This document shows positions 8,932-17,977 of a DNA stretch of 64,000 nt, in pieces. The translations under genes and the position numbers were made by a program. Where the stretch lies: positions 40,626 through 104,625 of the forward strand of contig DELZ01000005.1 of NCBI GenBank assembly GCA_002354635.1, in the 5' to 3' direction. The first letter of the stretch is position 1. Each line of letters starts with the position of its first letter. The DNA is from Sphingomonadales bacterium UBA2683. GTDB taxonomy: Bacteria > Pseudomonadota > Alphaproteobacteria > Sphingomonadales > Sphingomonadaceae. A model generated the notes under the pieces. It did not search any database, had not been told where the DNA came from, and was given only the letters and a program-made list of their open reading frames with translations.

Positions 8932-9795
8932 CTAGCTATAATTCTCTATTATCTGTGCGGCCGCTCGATCAATCTCCGGAAACAACGTACCGGAATCGAT
9001 TCCGATGACACGCAATTCCTTCTTGATGCTCTTTTTGGAATTTCTCGGTATTCTGAGCGAAAAAGAAGCGATTTCTTTGGAAAATGCTGATTGATCTTCC
9101 CATTTCAGACCAAAAGCTAAGAACGCACCACTTTGGGCAATAATACGCGCATTATTCTGCTTTGCGACTACATAATAAGGTCTCGAAAGATCATCTTTTT
9201 TTATTCTTGGCTGAAAATGAGGCTTTTCCTCACGAATAAACTGGAGCAAACGATCCGTTGGCTGTAATTTATGAAAATCGGAAATATTTGTTGCAGATGT
9301 ATTCTGCAATATCTCTTTCTCTGAATTTTTCAGGTTTGCAAGGTTACACACGCAGCTAATCGAATCACTGTCGTAGTATTTTTTCCTATCTGAACTTATC
9401 CGATAAATTATTAAACTTCCATCTTCTTCTTCACACTCTGTAACCGCAAAATATAGCGCAACCAATGGATTGCTAGTGACATCCATTAGTCGAGTGGGTA
9501 GTCCGAAGTGCTGCATACGCACTAGCCGGTCAAACATCGTACGGTCATGCAAAAAATGATCAGGATATCTCGAAACAAGATCACGCACTATTATATATTC
9601 CGAGCTTAAAATCCGTTTAGACTGTCTAAATATACTTGGTTTTGCTCCCCATGATATTGAACCATGGCCTCGATAACTGCTAAATGTATCAGATTCATCG
9701 GAGAGTTTCTGTACTGCCTGTAACGTGTCCGAAACGCTTTCAACCAAGCCTATCTCTCGTGGCCTACTCTGGACAGTATTGGTCTTCGTGATCAT
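8932..9795 (-). CDS. FRG domain-containing protein
   Basis: YRGH..SWGAKPSIFR, MQHFGLPTRLMDVTSNPLVALYFA, NARIIAQSGAF, GIDSGTLFPEID; AT-rich. Confidence 0.9.
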   Translation of the reverse strand: MITKTNTVQSRPREIGLVESVSDTLQAVQKLSDESDTFSSYRGHGSISWGAKPSIFRQSKRILSSEYIIVRDLVSRYPDHFLHDRTMFDRLVRMQHFGLPTRLMDVTSNPLVALYFAVTECEEEDGSLIIYRISSDRKKYYDSDSISCVCNLANLKNSEKEILQNTSATNISDFHKLQPTDRLLQFIREEKPHFQPRIKKDDLSRPYYVVAKQNNARIIAQSGAFLAFGLKWEDQSAFSKEIASFSLRIPRNSKKSIKKELRVIGIDSGTLFPEIDRAAAQIIENYS

Positions 9796-9800
9796 AAAAA

Positions 9801-10787
9801 TTATAGCAAATCATCAAGTTCATCTATTGGATTTACGTCAACTAATATAAGTCGCAACGGTTCATCAGATCTACTCCTCACAATGTAAGCATCGACACTG
9901 ACCTTGTCTTCCTGCATCGCAGAGAGAAGATTAAATTTTAAGTCATCCTTTCGATCCGCGGGAATTGAGAATGAAGGAATGCCTTCCCAGTTAACGTTCC
10001 GAAATTTGCCCCATCCGTTTTCTTTATTGTATTGCACAATATTTACATCAATCGACGAAACTTCTTTGTCTATTTTAATAGATTCCAAGGCGCTCGCCGT
10101 TTCTTGATTAGCGGTGAGAATTTGTCGGGTGCCCAAGCTATCCATCGTAGAAATCGTGACAAGCTTTGCGCTGCGCCTTAAAGGAACGGCCAGTTCGCTT
10201 AGAAGCGGGGTGGCCATTGTGACCAGCGCTGCGTCTTGCTCTGGCGTAATTTGTGCCAAAAGGTCACTATGGCTGATGAGATAAGCTCGCCTCTCAACTT
10301 CGGATATCAATCTAGCCAACAATTCGCTTTCACTGGGAGCTAACCCACGATCTGTTTCCAAACGGGAACGAAGAACTTCGATCGCAGCACTTGAATCAAA
10401 AATGTTATTTTCAACCAGTTCAAAAAATTCGGAACGAAGAGCATTGTCATCAATCAGATCAAGTGCCGCACTCGTCTCAATCGGCTGAAAAACACGTTCA
10501 ATAATATATGTCCAAAGCGCCGTAAGAGGAACATCAATTTTGGGCTTTTCATCCACCTCTTCTGAGGCGGCAATTTTCAAATTAAAGCTTCCACGTTCGA
10601 ACGGAAATAGGTCAATATTTGTGCGGGAGGTTGTAGTAACTCTCTTAGAAAAACGGCCAGTTTTTCTGAATTGATCTAGCTTTACTGAAAGGCGAGCGGC
10701 AGCGTATTGAAAACGAGCAGCCTCATAAAAATCCATGCGGTTAAGATCAGACAAACCACCCTGAAAACTAAAATTCAATTCGTCCAT
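9801..10787 (-). CDS. Hypothetical protein upstream of and coupled to the FRG gene (from memory resembles DUF7946/DUF7947-type proteins; unverified)
   Basis: Long AT-rich ORF (track extends it to 10838; ATG at 10787 preferred). N-term FSFQGGLSDLNRMDFY...GSF, C-term IVQYNKENGWGKF beta-rich region; 5 bp from the FRG ATG. Confidence 0.7.
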   Translation of the reverse strand: MDELNFSFQGGLSDLNRMDFYEAARFQYAAARLSVKLDQFRKTGRFSKRVTTTSRTNIDLFPFERGSFNLKIAASEEVDEKPKIDVPLTALWTYIIERVFQPIETSAALDLIDDNALRSEFFELVENNIFDSSAAIEVLRSRLETDRGLAPSESELLARLISEVERRAYLISHSDLLAQITPEQDAALVTMATPLLSELAVPLRRSAKLVTISTMDSLGTRQILTANQETASALESIKIDKEVSSIDVNIVQYNKENGWGKFRNVNWEGIPSFSIPADRKDDLKFNLLSAMQEDKVSVDAYIVRSRSDEPLRLILVDVNPIDELDDLL

Positions 10788-10960
10788 TGGGTACCATCCT
10801 GTTATTTTGGATACTATTGAGTTTTCCCGGATACACAAGGCAAAACGCCTCTTTCCTACACCAAGCCAAATAGGTTAACATTTCTCCCCTCAACAAACCA
10901 AAACCCGTAGCCGCACCCCTGTGCCGCGCTCGGGATGGTTGCCGGAAAGGAGTATGATCG

Positions 10961-12061
10961 ATGACCTATCAGGATGAATTTGCGCGGCGGCTGGGCCAGC
11001 GGGCGGGGGACGGCAAGGCCGCTGGCGGTCCTTCGACAGGCTCGGAACGAACGGACGAGGGGGAGAGACGTCATCCTGAACCTGTTTCAGGACCCCGGGC
11101 GGCCAGGCCGGAAGATCGGGGAAAGACGGACGGGGTCCTGAGACGAGCTCAGGATGACGATGAGGGGCGAGTTCAGGATAACGGTGATTATAATTCCGTT
11201 AGTGGTGAGCCTGTCGAACCACGCTTCTCGGACGAGAAGCGCCTTTCGGAGTCGCAGACGGCGCGCAGCGCCACCGGCTCAGGGCTAACGGACCAAGACG
11301 ACACCACCCCAACCCGCACCCCCCGCCACGACGGCTGGCTCCCCGAAACCCGCGTCAAGTTCCTCGAAGCGCTCGCCCGCACCGGCAATGTCCAGGCGTC
11401 GGCTTATTATGTCCAGCTCAGCCGCCAGTCGGCCTATGACCTGCGCCGCCGCGACCCGGATTTTGCCCGGGCGTGGCGGGCGGCGCTGGTGCTGGCGCGC
11501 GATGTCGCCGAGGATGCGCTGCAGGAGCGGGCGATCGAGGGCATCGAGGAGCCGGTCTATTATCATGGCGAGGTCGTGGGCATGCGCCGCCGCTACGACA
11601 GCCGCCTGCTGCTGGCGCATCTGGCGCGGCTGGACAAGATCGCCGAGGAGATTCCGGCGCAGCGCGGCGCCGCCCGCTTCGAGGAGATGCTGGAGGCGAT
11701 CCGCACCGGCGCGGACACCGCGCCGCTGATCGCCACCCCGACCGACGAGGAACTGGCCACCGCCGCTGCGCGCGCCGAGGCGCCGCCGCCGGCGGAGGAA
11801 GAGGGCGACGAATTTTACGCGGTCCACTGGCCGGCGGAGGAGGACCGGCCGGTCGACTATTACCGGATGACCCCGGAGGAAGCCGCCGCAATGGCACGCG
11901 AGGTCCCCGGCCTTGTCGCCATCCCCACAGGCACCCGCAACGGCGCCCTCGCCACCGCCATGCACATCGAGGAACTGGCCCGCGCGGAAGCGGCGGAGAA
12001 GGCCGCCGGGGACGACCCCTGGCCGGAGGAAGGCGACGGCGCGGGGGGGTTAAGAATATGA
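10961..12061 (+). CDS. Small-terminase-like HTH protein of the sphingomonad RHDGW type, with a repeat-derived N-terminus
   Basis: Core RHDGWLPETRVKFLEALARTGNVQASAYYVQLSRQSAYDLRRRDPDFARAWRAAL...ERAIEG...RRRYDSRLL; GGAG RBS-like sequence upstream. Confidence 0.6.
   Translation: MTYQDEFARRLGQRAGDGKAAGGPSTGSERTDEGERRHPEPVSGPRAARPEDRGKTDGVLRRAQDDDEGRVQDNGDYNSVSGEPVEPRFSDEKRLSESQTARSATGSGLTDQDDTTPTRTPRHDGWLPETRVKFLEALARTGNVQASAYYVQLSRQSAYDLRRRDPDFARAWRAALVLARDVAEDALQERAIEGIEEPVYYHGEVVGMRRRYDSRLLLAHLARLDKIAEEIPAQRGAARFEEMLEAIRTGADTAPLIATPTDEELATAAARAEAPPPAEEEGDEFYAVHWPAEEDRPVDYYRMTPEEAAAMAREVPGLVAIPTGTRNGALATAMHIEELARAEAAEKAAGDDPWPEEGDGAGGLRI
11030..11291. repeat. REP-like palindromic units inside the 10961 ORF
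   Basis: CCTTCGACAGGCTC unit 11030-11054; CGTC-tagged inverted pair 11069-11096 / 11132-11159 (24/28 match); CCGTTAG..GAGCCTGTCGAA 11196-11220 with partner GGCTCAGGGCTAACGG ending 11291. Confidence 0.85.
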
Positions 12062-12120
12062 CCCTGTAAAGTTTGTCAAGAATGGGCCGGGGGACGGAAG
12101 CGAAAAACAGAAACCACCCC

Positions 12121-12425
12121 GCGCTCCGCGCCCGACGCGGAGCCCTGCGCCCAAGGCACCATGGTGGAAGGCCGCGCAGGGCTCCGGATCAGGTCCGGAG
12201 CACAGGGGGTGATGGGCTATGAATCGCCATGAAGAAACCGTTCGCCCTGAGCCTGTCGAAGGGCCCCTCGCGACCGAAAACCGTCCTTCGACAGGCTCGG
12301 GACGAACGGGTGAAACAAGAAATCGTCATCCATTCTGTCATCCCCGCGCAGGCAGGGATCCAGATAGAGCTGACTATGCCAACGGAAGTGCCGGCAAACG
12401 GGATTCCCGCCTGCACGGGAATGAC
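12121..12425. repeat. Three consecutive REP doublets of different families
   Basis: Inverted pairs 12121-12150 / 12174-12203; 12238-12262 / 12285-12309 (23/25); 12337-12361 / 12401-12425 (21/25, contains ATTCCC-N8-GGGAAT). Confidence 0.9.
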
Positions 12426-12432
12426 AAAAGGC

Positions 12433-13794
12433 CTACCCGGCCACCCCGAACAGATCATGCTCATCCGCATCCTCGATCACCGCATCGACAATATCGCCCA
12501 CGGCCAGATCCGCCCCGACATTGCGCAAAAACACATTGCCATCAATCTCCGGCGCATCGGCCTCGGACCGCGCCGTCGCCCCGATATCGCCATCCTCGTC
12601 CGGCTCGCCGATCTCGTCGATGATCACCGGCAGCGTGCGGCCGATCTTGGCCTGCAGCTTGGCGGCGCTGATCCGGGCGGTCACGGCCATGATCCGCTGG
12701 TAGCGCTCTTCCTTGACCTCTTCCGGCACCGGACCGTCGAGCAGATTGGCGGCAGCCCCCTCGACGGGCTCAAAGCGGAACGCCCCGACCCGGTCGAGCT
12801 GCGCGTCCTCCAGCCAGTCGAGCAGATACTGGAAATCTGCCTCGGTCTCGCCGGGAAAGCCGACGACAAAGGTCGAGCGGATGGTGAGATCAGGGCAGAT
12901 CTCGCGCCAGCTCTTGACCCGCTGCAGCACCTTGGCCTCGTTGGCCGGGCGCTTCATGCGCTTCAGCACATTGGGCGCGGCATGCTGGAACGGGATGTCG
13001 AGATAGGGGGTGATCTTGCCCTCGGCCATCAAGGGAATCACCTTGTCGACATGCGGATAGGGATAGACATAGTGGAGCCGGGTCCACACGCCGAGCTCGC
13101 CGAGCGCCACAGCCAGATCGGTCATATGCGCGCGCACCTCGCGGCCCTGCCCGATCGGGCCATTCCACACCCGCGGCTCATGCCGGATATCGACGCCATA
13201 GGCCGACGTATCCTGGCTGATCACCAGCAATTCCTTGGTGCCCGCCGCGACCAGCTTCTCCGCTTCGCGCAGGATCGCATCGGGGCGGCGGCTGACCAGA
13301 TCGCCGCGCAGGCTCGGAATGATGCAGAAGGAACAGCGGTGGTTGCAGCCTTCGCTGATCTTGAGATAGCTGTAGTGGCGCGGGGTCAGCTTCAGACCCG
13401 CTTCCGGCACCAGATCGACAAACGCACCGCGCGCCGCCGGCGCCGCCGCATGGACCGCGGTGACGACATCCTCATATTGATGCGCGCCGGTAACGGCCAG
13501 CACATCGGGGAAGCGCTTCATGATCAGGTCGGCTTCATTGCCCATGCAGCCGGTGACAATCACCCGGCCATTCTCGGCCATCGCCTCGCCAATCGCCTCG
13601 AGGCTCTCCTCCTTGGCGCTGTCGAGAAAGCCGCAGGTGTTGACCAGCACGACATCGGCGCCGGCATAGTCCGCCGACAGGTCATAGCCGTCCGAACGCA
13701 ATTGCGTCAGAATCCGTTCGCTGTCGACCAGCGCCTTGGGACAGCCGAGCGAAACCATGCCGACTTTGGGCGGAGAGGGAATTTGGGTAGCCAT
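12433..13794 (-). CDS. rimO: Ribosomal protein S12 methylthiotransferase RimO
   Basis: [17 protein letters not shown], radical SAM motif [14 protein letters not shown]-terminal TRAM with EADAPEIDG. Confidence 0.97.
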   Translation of the reverse strand: MATQIPSPPKVGMVSLGCPKALVDSERILTQLRSDGYDLSADYAGADVVLVNTCGFLDSAKEESLEAIGEAMAENGRVIVTGCMGNEADLIMKRFPDVLAVTGAHQYEDVVTAVHAAAPAARGAFVDLVPEAGLKLTPRHYSYLKISEGCNHRCSFCIIPSLRGDLVSRRPDAILREAEKLVAAGTKELLVISQDTSAYGVDIRHEPRVWNGPIGQGREVRAHMTDLAVALGELGVWTRLHYVYPYPHVDKVIPLMAEGKITPYLDIPFQHAAPNVLKRMKRPANEAKVLQRVKSWREICPDLTIRSTFVVGFPGETEADFQYLLDWLEDAQLDRVGAFRFEPVEGAAANLLDGPVPEEVKEERYQRIMAVTARISAAKLQAKIGRTLPVIIDEIGEPDEDGDIGATARSEADAPEIDGNVFLRNVGADLAVGDIVDAVIEDADEHDLFGVAG

Positions 13795-14035
13795 AGGGCG
13801 GGCGCTTTAGGCCTGTTTGGCCGGCGAGTCACGATCAATGTTGTGGCAGCATCCAGCTCCCGCCCCGAGCTCCGGCACCGGCCGGAGCCGATCTCGTGCC
13901 GCCGCCGCGCTGCGCGCCGGCAGGCGATATCCTGCCCGCAATGCCAGGCTGTTCGATTCATTGCCGAAAGCCTCCGATTCCGCTATACAAATCACCCCGG
14001 CAACGACCGGGAAACAATCTTTGAGGGAGGATGCA

Positions 14036-14449
14036 ATGAACATATTTGACGTTAACTGGATCGCGGTCGTGCTGGCCGCGCTCGCCGGCTTTCTCGTCGG
14101 CGGCATCTGGTACGGGCCGATCATGGGCAAGAAATGGATGGGCGCGGTCGGGTTGACCGAGGACCAGATCAAGCAGGGCAATATGGGGATGATCTACGGC
14201 GGCGCCTTTGCCTTCAGCCTGGTCGCCTCGTGGACGCTGGCGCACACGTTCGCGACCTATGCGGTGGACCTGTCCTTTGGCGTGAAGATTCTGACCGCCT
14301 TTGGCGTCGCGCTCGGCTTCATCGTCCCGGCCATCGGCACAAACTATCTGTTCTCGCAGAAAAAGCCGGCGCTGTTCTTCATCGACGCCACCTACTGGCT
14401 GCTGTTCTACATCGCCATGGGCGCGGTACACGCATGGTTTGGCCAATAA
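14036..14449 (+). CDS. DUF1761 family membrane protein
   Basis: INWIAVV-type start (VNWIAVVLAA), GGIWYGP.MGKKW, LFFIDATYWL; GGAGG RBS before ATG 14036. Confidence 0.8.
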   Translation: MNIFDVNWIAVVLAALAGFLVGGIWYGPIMGKKWMGAVGLTEDQIKQGNMGMIYGGAFAFSLVASWTLAHTFATYAVDLSFGVKILTAFGVALGFIVPAIGTNYLFSQKKPALFFIDATYWLLFYIAMGAVHAWFGQ

Positions 14450-14669
14450 TATCAGTACGTTACTGACGCTGACCGCAGGGTCATAGTGGGCGGGAAGACG
14501 CCGGGGTTGCCAAAATCGGGAGGGAAAGACAACGCCCGGCTTGTCTTGTCAATGCACGGCTGGCCAAAGGGTTCCGGCGGCGGGCAAAAAAGTGACGCGG
14601 ATTGAACCGATCCGGGCCCCGGTGCGTAGGCTTTGCATCGAGACAGAAAACAGCAACGGGAGCTTTGCG

Positions 14670-14930
14670 ATGGAACTGGTCGAAACCTTGCGATGGACTG
14701 CCAGCATCAGCGGCATGATCGCTGCCCTGATGGTCGCGCTCAACGCCGGCGCCAGGATCACCGGATGGGGCTTTGTCCTGTTCTGCGGATCGTCGATCGT
14801 CTGGGTGGCCGCGTCGCTGCTAGACGGCAACAGTCCGCTGGCGATCCAGAATGTCGTGCTGCTCGGAATCAACCTGCTGGGCGTCTACCGCTATCTGTGG
14901 CGCAAGCCCGAAGAGCAGGCCGCGGGCTGA
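14670..14930 (+). CDS. Small membrane protein
   Basis: Three hydrophobic segments (AALMVALNAGARITGWGFVLF, QNVVLLGINLLGVYRY); GGAG RBS. Confidence 0.7.
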   Translation: MELVETLRWTASISGMIAALMVALNAGARITGWGFVLFCGSSIVWVAASLLDGNSPLAIQNVVLLGINLLGVYRYLWRKPEEQAAG

Positions 14931-14943
14931 CCGGCGCGGCGGC

Positions 14944-15663
14944 TCAGGTGCGGCCGGCGAGCGTATCGGCAATGATCCGCCAGACCTTGGGGTTGAAACC
15001 GAGGCCGAAATGCCCGCCGTCGACACGGATATTGCGGGCCTGCGGATTGTAGATGTCCCTGGCGATATCGGGTCCGACGATGCCGTCGCGGTTGGAATAG
15101 ATGACGGTCAGTGGCTGGTCGAAACCGATGCTGTTGCGTTCGTGGACCTCGCGCTCGAACTGGTCGAGCCGGATATTGGCGGACCGGGCGTAACGCTGGC
15201 CCGGCGTGGTATATTTGGGGCCACCGATAATCGGCGTGCCCATGGTGATCACCTCGCGCACCAGATGCGGCGACAGCCGCGCGACCTCGCGGGCAATGAT
15301 CCCGCCGAGCGACCAGCCGATGAGGGTGAATGGCCGTTCGCCTTGGGCGGCAAAGCGGGTTTCGGCCAGCTTGGTGAAGCGCGCGACATCGCGATCGACC
15401 GAGCCCTTGTTGCGGCCCAGCGACCAGTCCGCGACATCATAGTTGATCCGCCCCAGAAAGGCCTCGAGCGGACGCAAAGACAGCTCGCTGCCCCCATAGC
15501 CCGGGATCAGGTAGACCGGCCTGCCGTCTCCGCGCGGCGCCGTCACCAGCCGCGGCCATTGCAGGCCAAAGCGAACGAGATCGAGCGGCAGCGATATCTC
15601 TCCCAGCTGCGCCAGCCGGTGCGGCGGACGCAGTCCGGTCGGCATGTCTAGGGGTTTGGCCAT
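14944..15663 (-). CDS. Alpha/beta hydrolase (esterase/lipase)
   Basis: IPGYGG oxyanion region, IGWSLGG nucleophile elbow, DGIV, GGHFGLG. Confidence 0.88.
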   Translation of the reverse strand: MAKPLDMPTGLRPPHRLAQLGEISLPLDLVRFGLQWPRLVTAPRGDGRPVYLIPGYGGSELSLRPLEAFLGRINYDVADWSLGRNKGSVDRDVARFTKLAETRFAAQGERPFTLIGWSLGGIIAREVARLSPHLVREVITMGTPIIGGPKYTTPGQRYARSANIRLDQFEREVHERNSIGFDQPLTVIYSNRDGIVGPDIARDIYNPQARNIRVDGGHFGLGFNPKVWRIIADTLAGRT

Positions 15664-15748
15664 CTGGAAACTCCGCGGTTGAATGTCCAGAATAGCGGCT
15701 TATCTCGCAGGTGCAACATGAACCATCGAACAGGCCGGTGCAAAGGGA

Positions 15749-16807
15749 TCAGGCCTTTTCCCGGGCCCGGTTCTCGGATCCGTTGCCGGGCATGATCTCG
15801 ACGATGATATCGCCCGCCTCGAGCATGGTCGCTTCCTGTTCCCAGAAACCGAAGACCTCATCGCCCCGGTAAATCCGGACGCCCAGTCCCGAGCCGACCA
15901 CTTCGTTCATCGCCATGCCGACTTCATCTTCGGTCACGGACCGCTGGACCAGCTTCACGCGGCCTGTAGCCGACGCCAGATCACTGAGATAGTCGGAAAT
16001 CTTGGCCCCTTCACAGCTGCCGGCGAGCAGCAGGCCGGCGAAGCTGACCGGATTGATGACGGTCGTCGCCCCGGCCTGTCGCGCGAGCAGCTCATTGTCG
16101 GCCGCCTTGATCGATACGCTGATCGGCAAGTGATAGGCCAAATGGCGGGCGGTCAGCACAATCAGGATACTGGTATCGTCCCGGCCCGCTGAAACGATCA
16201 GCGAGCGGGCCCGCGATATCTTGACGTTCATCAGCGCATTGTCACGGGTGGCATCGCCATTGATCACGGCGCAGCCGAGCTTCTCGGCCTGGGACAGGGC
16301 ATCGTCGGACGAATCGATCACGACAATTTCTTCCGGGTTGGTGCCGCGAGCGAGCAGTTCCTGCACCGCTTCGCTGCCGCTCGTGCCAAAGCCGGCGATC
16401 ACGATATGATCGTGCAAGTTGCTTTGAATCAGTTTCATGCGCCAATTGTCCCAGGTTCGTTTGAAAACAAAATTATAGGCCGTGCCGACAAAGATTAGCA
16501 CGACGAAGATGCGAATAGGAGTCACAACCAGCGCATCGAACATCCGCGCCCGTTCGGTAACCGGAGCGATGTCGCCATAACCGGTTGTGGTGATCGAAAT
16601 CATCGTGAAATAGACGACGTCCAGAAAGCTGACATCGCCGTCATAGCTATCCTGCAGGCCATTGCGGTCAAAATAATGCACCGAAACAGCCATCCCGATA
16701 AGCGCGAGGACGAAGGTGACCCGCCAGGCAATATCCGCCCATATCGGCAGACTGGAACGTCGCCGAAGTGTGAAATAGTCGGAAATCTTGCGGTTTTTGC
16801 CTGCCAT
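15749..16807 (-). CDS. Potassium channel family protein with TrkA-N/RCK domain
   Basis: Selectivity filter TTTGYGD, IAGFGTSG Rossmann motif, GDAT; ATG 16807 preferred over the track start. Confidence 0.92.
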   Translation of the reverse strand: MAGKNRKISDYFTLRRRSSLPIWADIAWRVTFVLALIGMAVSVHYFDRNGLQDSYDGDVSFLDVVYFTMISITTTGYGDIAPVTERARMFDALVVTPIRIFVVLIFVGTAYNFVFKRTWDNWRMKLIQSNLHDHIVIAGFGTSGSEAVQELLARGTNPEEIVVIDSSDDALSQAEKLGCAVINGDATRDNALMNVKISRARSLIVSAGRDDTSILIVLTARHLAYHLPISVSIKAADNELLARQAGATTVINPVSFAGLLLAGSCEGAKISDYLSDLASATGRVKLVQRSVTEDEVGMAMNEVVGSGLGVRIYRGDEVFGFWEQEATMLEAGDIIVEIMPGNGSENRAREKA

Positions 16808-16814
16808 GCCCGGG

Positions 16815-17864
16815 TCAGCCGCGCTTCGGCAGATGGATGTTCGGGTCGACCGGCTTGCGATCCTTGCGGATTTCGAAGTGCAGTTGCGGTTCCTGCACAT
16901 AGCCGCTTTCGCCAGCGAGACCGATAATGTCGCCAGCTTTCACTTTCTGGCCGCGCGTCACGCTAAGCTTGTCGGCATGGCCATAAGCGGTCACCCAGCC
17001 GGAGCCGTGGTTGATCAGGATCAACCCGCCGAACACGCCGATTTCGTCACCGCTATAAGCGACCACACCGTCAGCCGAAGCGCGGATCGGCGTTCCTGTC
17101 GGGACACCGATGTTGAGACCATCATTGACCTTGCCGCCACCTTTGCTGCCAAAACTGGAGAGAACCGTGCCATCCACCGGCCACTGGAATCGCCCCGAGA
17201 AATTGGCAGGCGAAGCGATTGTGGCATTGGGGGTGATGGCTTTTCGCCAATCGGATGGTTCCTTGACAGCGACGCCGTCGGCCAGCGCGGGTTGGCTTCC
17301 GGTGACAATATCGTCAATATCGAGATTGAAGGCGGCCGCGCGTTGCTCGATCGTCAGACTGGCCGGATCGCTTGGAGCACTCGCAGGCAGCAGCAGCTTT
17401 TGACCAACCCGCAGAATATAGGGCTCATCCAGCGCATTGAGCGCCACAACCTCACCCCATGACGCACCATAGGCACGGGCGATTGCGATCCCGGTCTCGC
17501 CTGACGCGACGCTATGATAGCGCCCGCCAATGATTTTGAGGCGTTGGCCCGGTTGGATCACATATGGGTCGACCAGTCCGTTGGCCGACGCGATGATCTG
17601 TGATCCCGCACCGGTCTTGTTGGCAATTCCGCGCAATGTGTCCCCCGGTTGCACAATATACGTCCCGGATTCCACAAATCGGGAACGTGGCGTAACGGGA
17701 GCTGCTTGCCATGTTGAAACTGGCGCCTGTTCCGGCACAGAACCCAAAACGGCGGGATCCGTGCGCAATTGCGGCAGGACCGGCGGCGGAGCATAGTCAT
17801 TATGGCCCGGCGGGATGCAGGCAGTCGCTCCCAGGACCGATATCAGGATCGCAATATGACGCAT
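16815..17864 (-). CDS. LysM/M23 peptidase lipoprotein (NlpD-like)
   Basis: Lipobox LGATAC, two LysM repeats (YIVQPGDTL, HSVASGETG), M23 region with NDGLNI, YGH, PQLHFEIR. Confidence 0.9.
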   Translation of the reverse strand: MRHIAILISVLGATACIPPGHNDYAPPPVLPQLRTDPAVLGSVPEQAPVSTWQAAPVTPRSRFVESGTYIVQPGDTLRGIANKTGAGSQIIASANGLVDPYVIQPGQRLKIIGGRYHSVASGETGIAIARAYGASWGEVVALNALDEPYILRVGQKLLLPASAPSDPASLTIEQRAAAFNLDIDDIVTGSQPALADGVAVKEPSDWRKAITPNATIASPANFSGRFQWPVDGTVLSSFGSKGGGKVNDGLNIGVPTGTPIRASADGVVAYSGDEIGVFGGLILINHGSGWVTAYGHADKLSVTRGQKVKAGDIIGLAGESGYVQEPQLHFEIRKDRKPVDPNIHLPKRG

Positions 17865-17977
17865 ATATGACCCCATTAACCAACTCTTCCCCTCAGGAGA
17901 ACGCTATTAGCAGCAAAACCGGAGCTTGCCAGCCCCGCCGCCCAAAACATAGCAAATTCGCGGCCAATAGAACGCAA

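Noticed and set aside
12229-14049. 606-aa plus-strand ORF and similar long overlapping ORFs (e.g. 2355-3326, 18703-20115, 33146-33952, 57145-58629)
   Set aside because: Antisense or alternate frames of clear genes; long shadow ORFs are expected at high GC.
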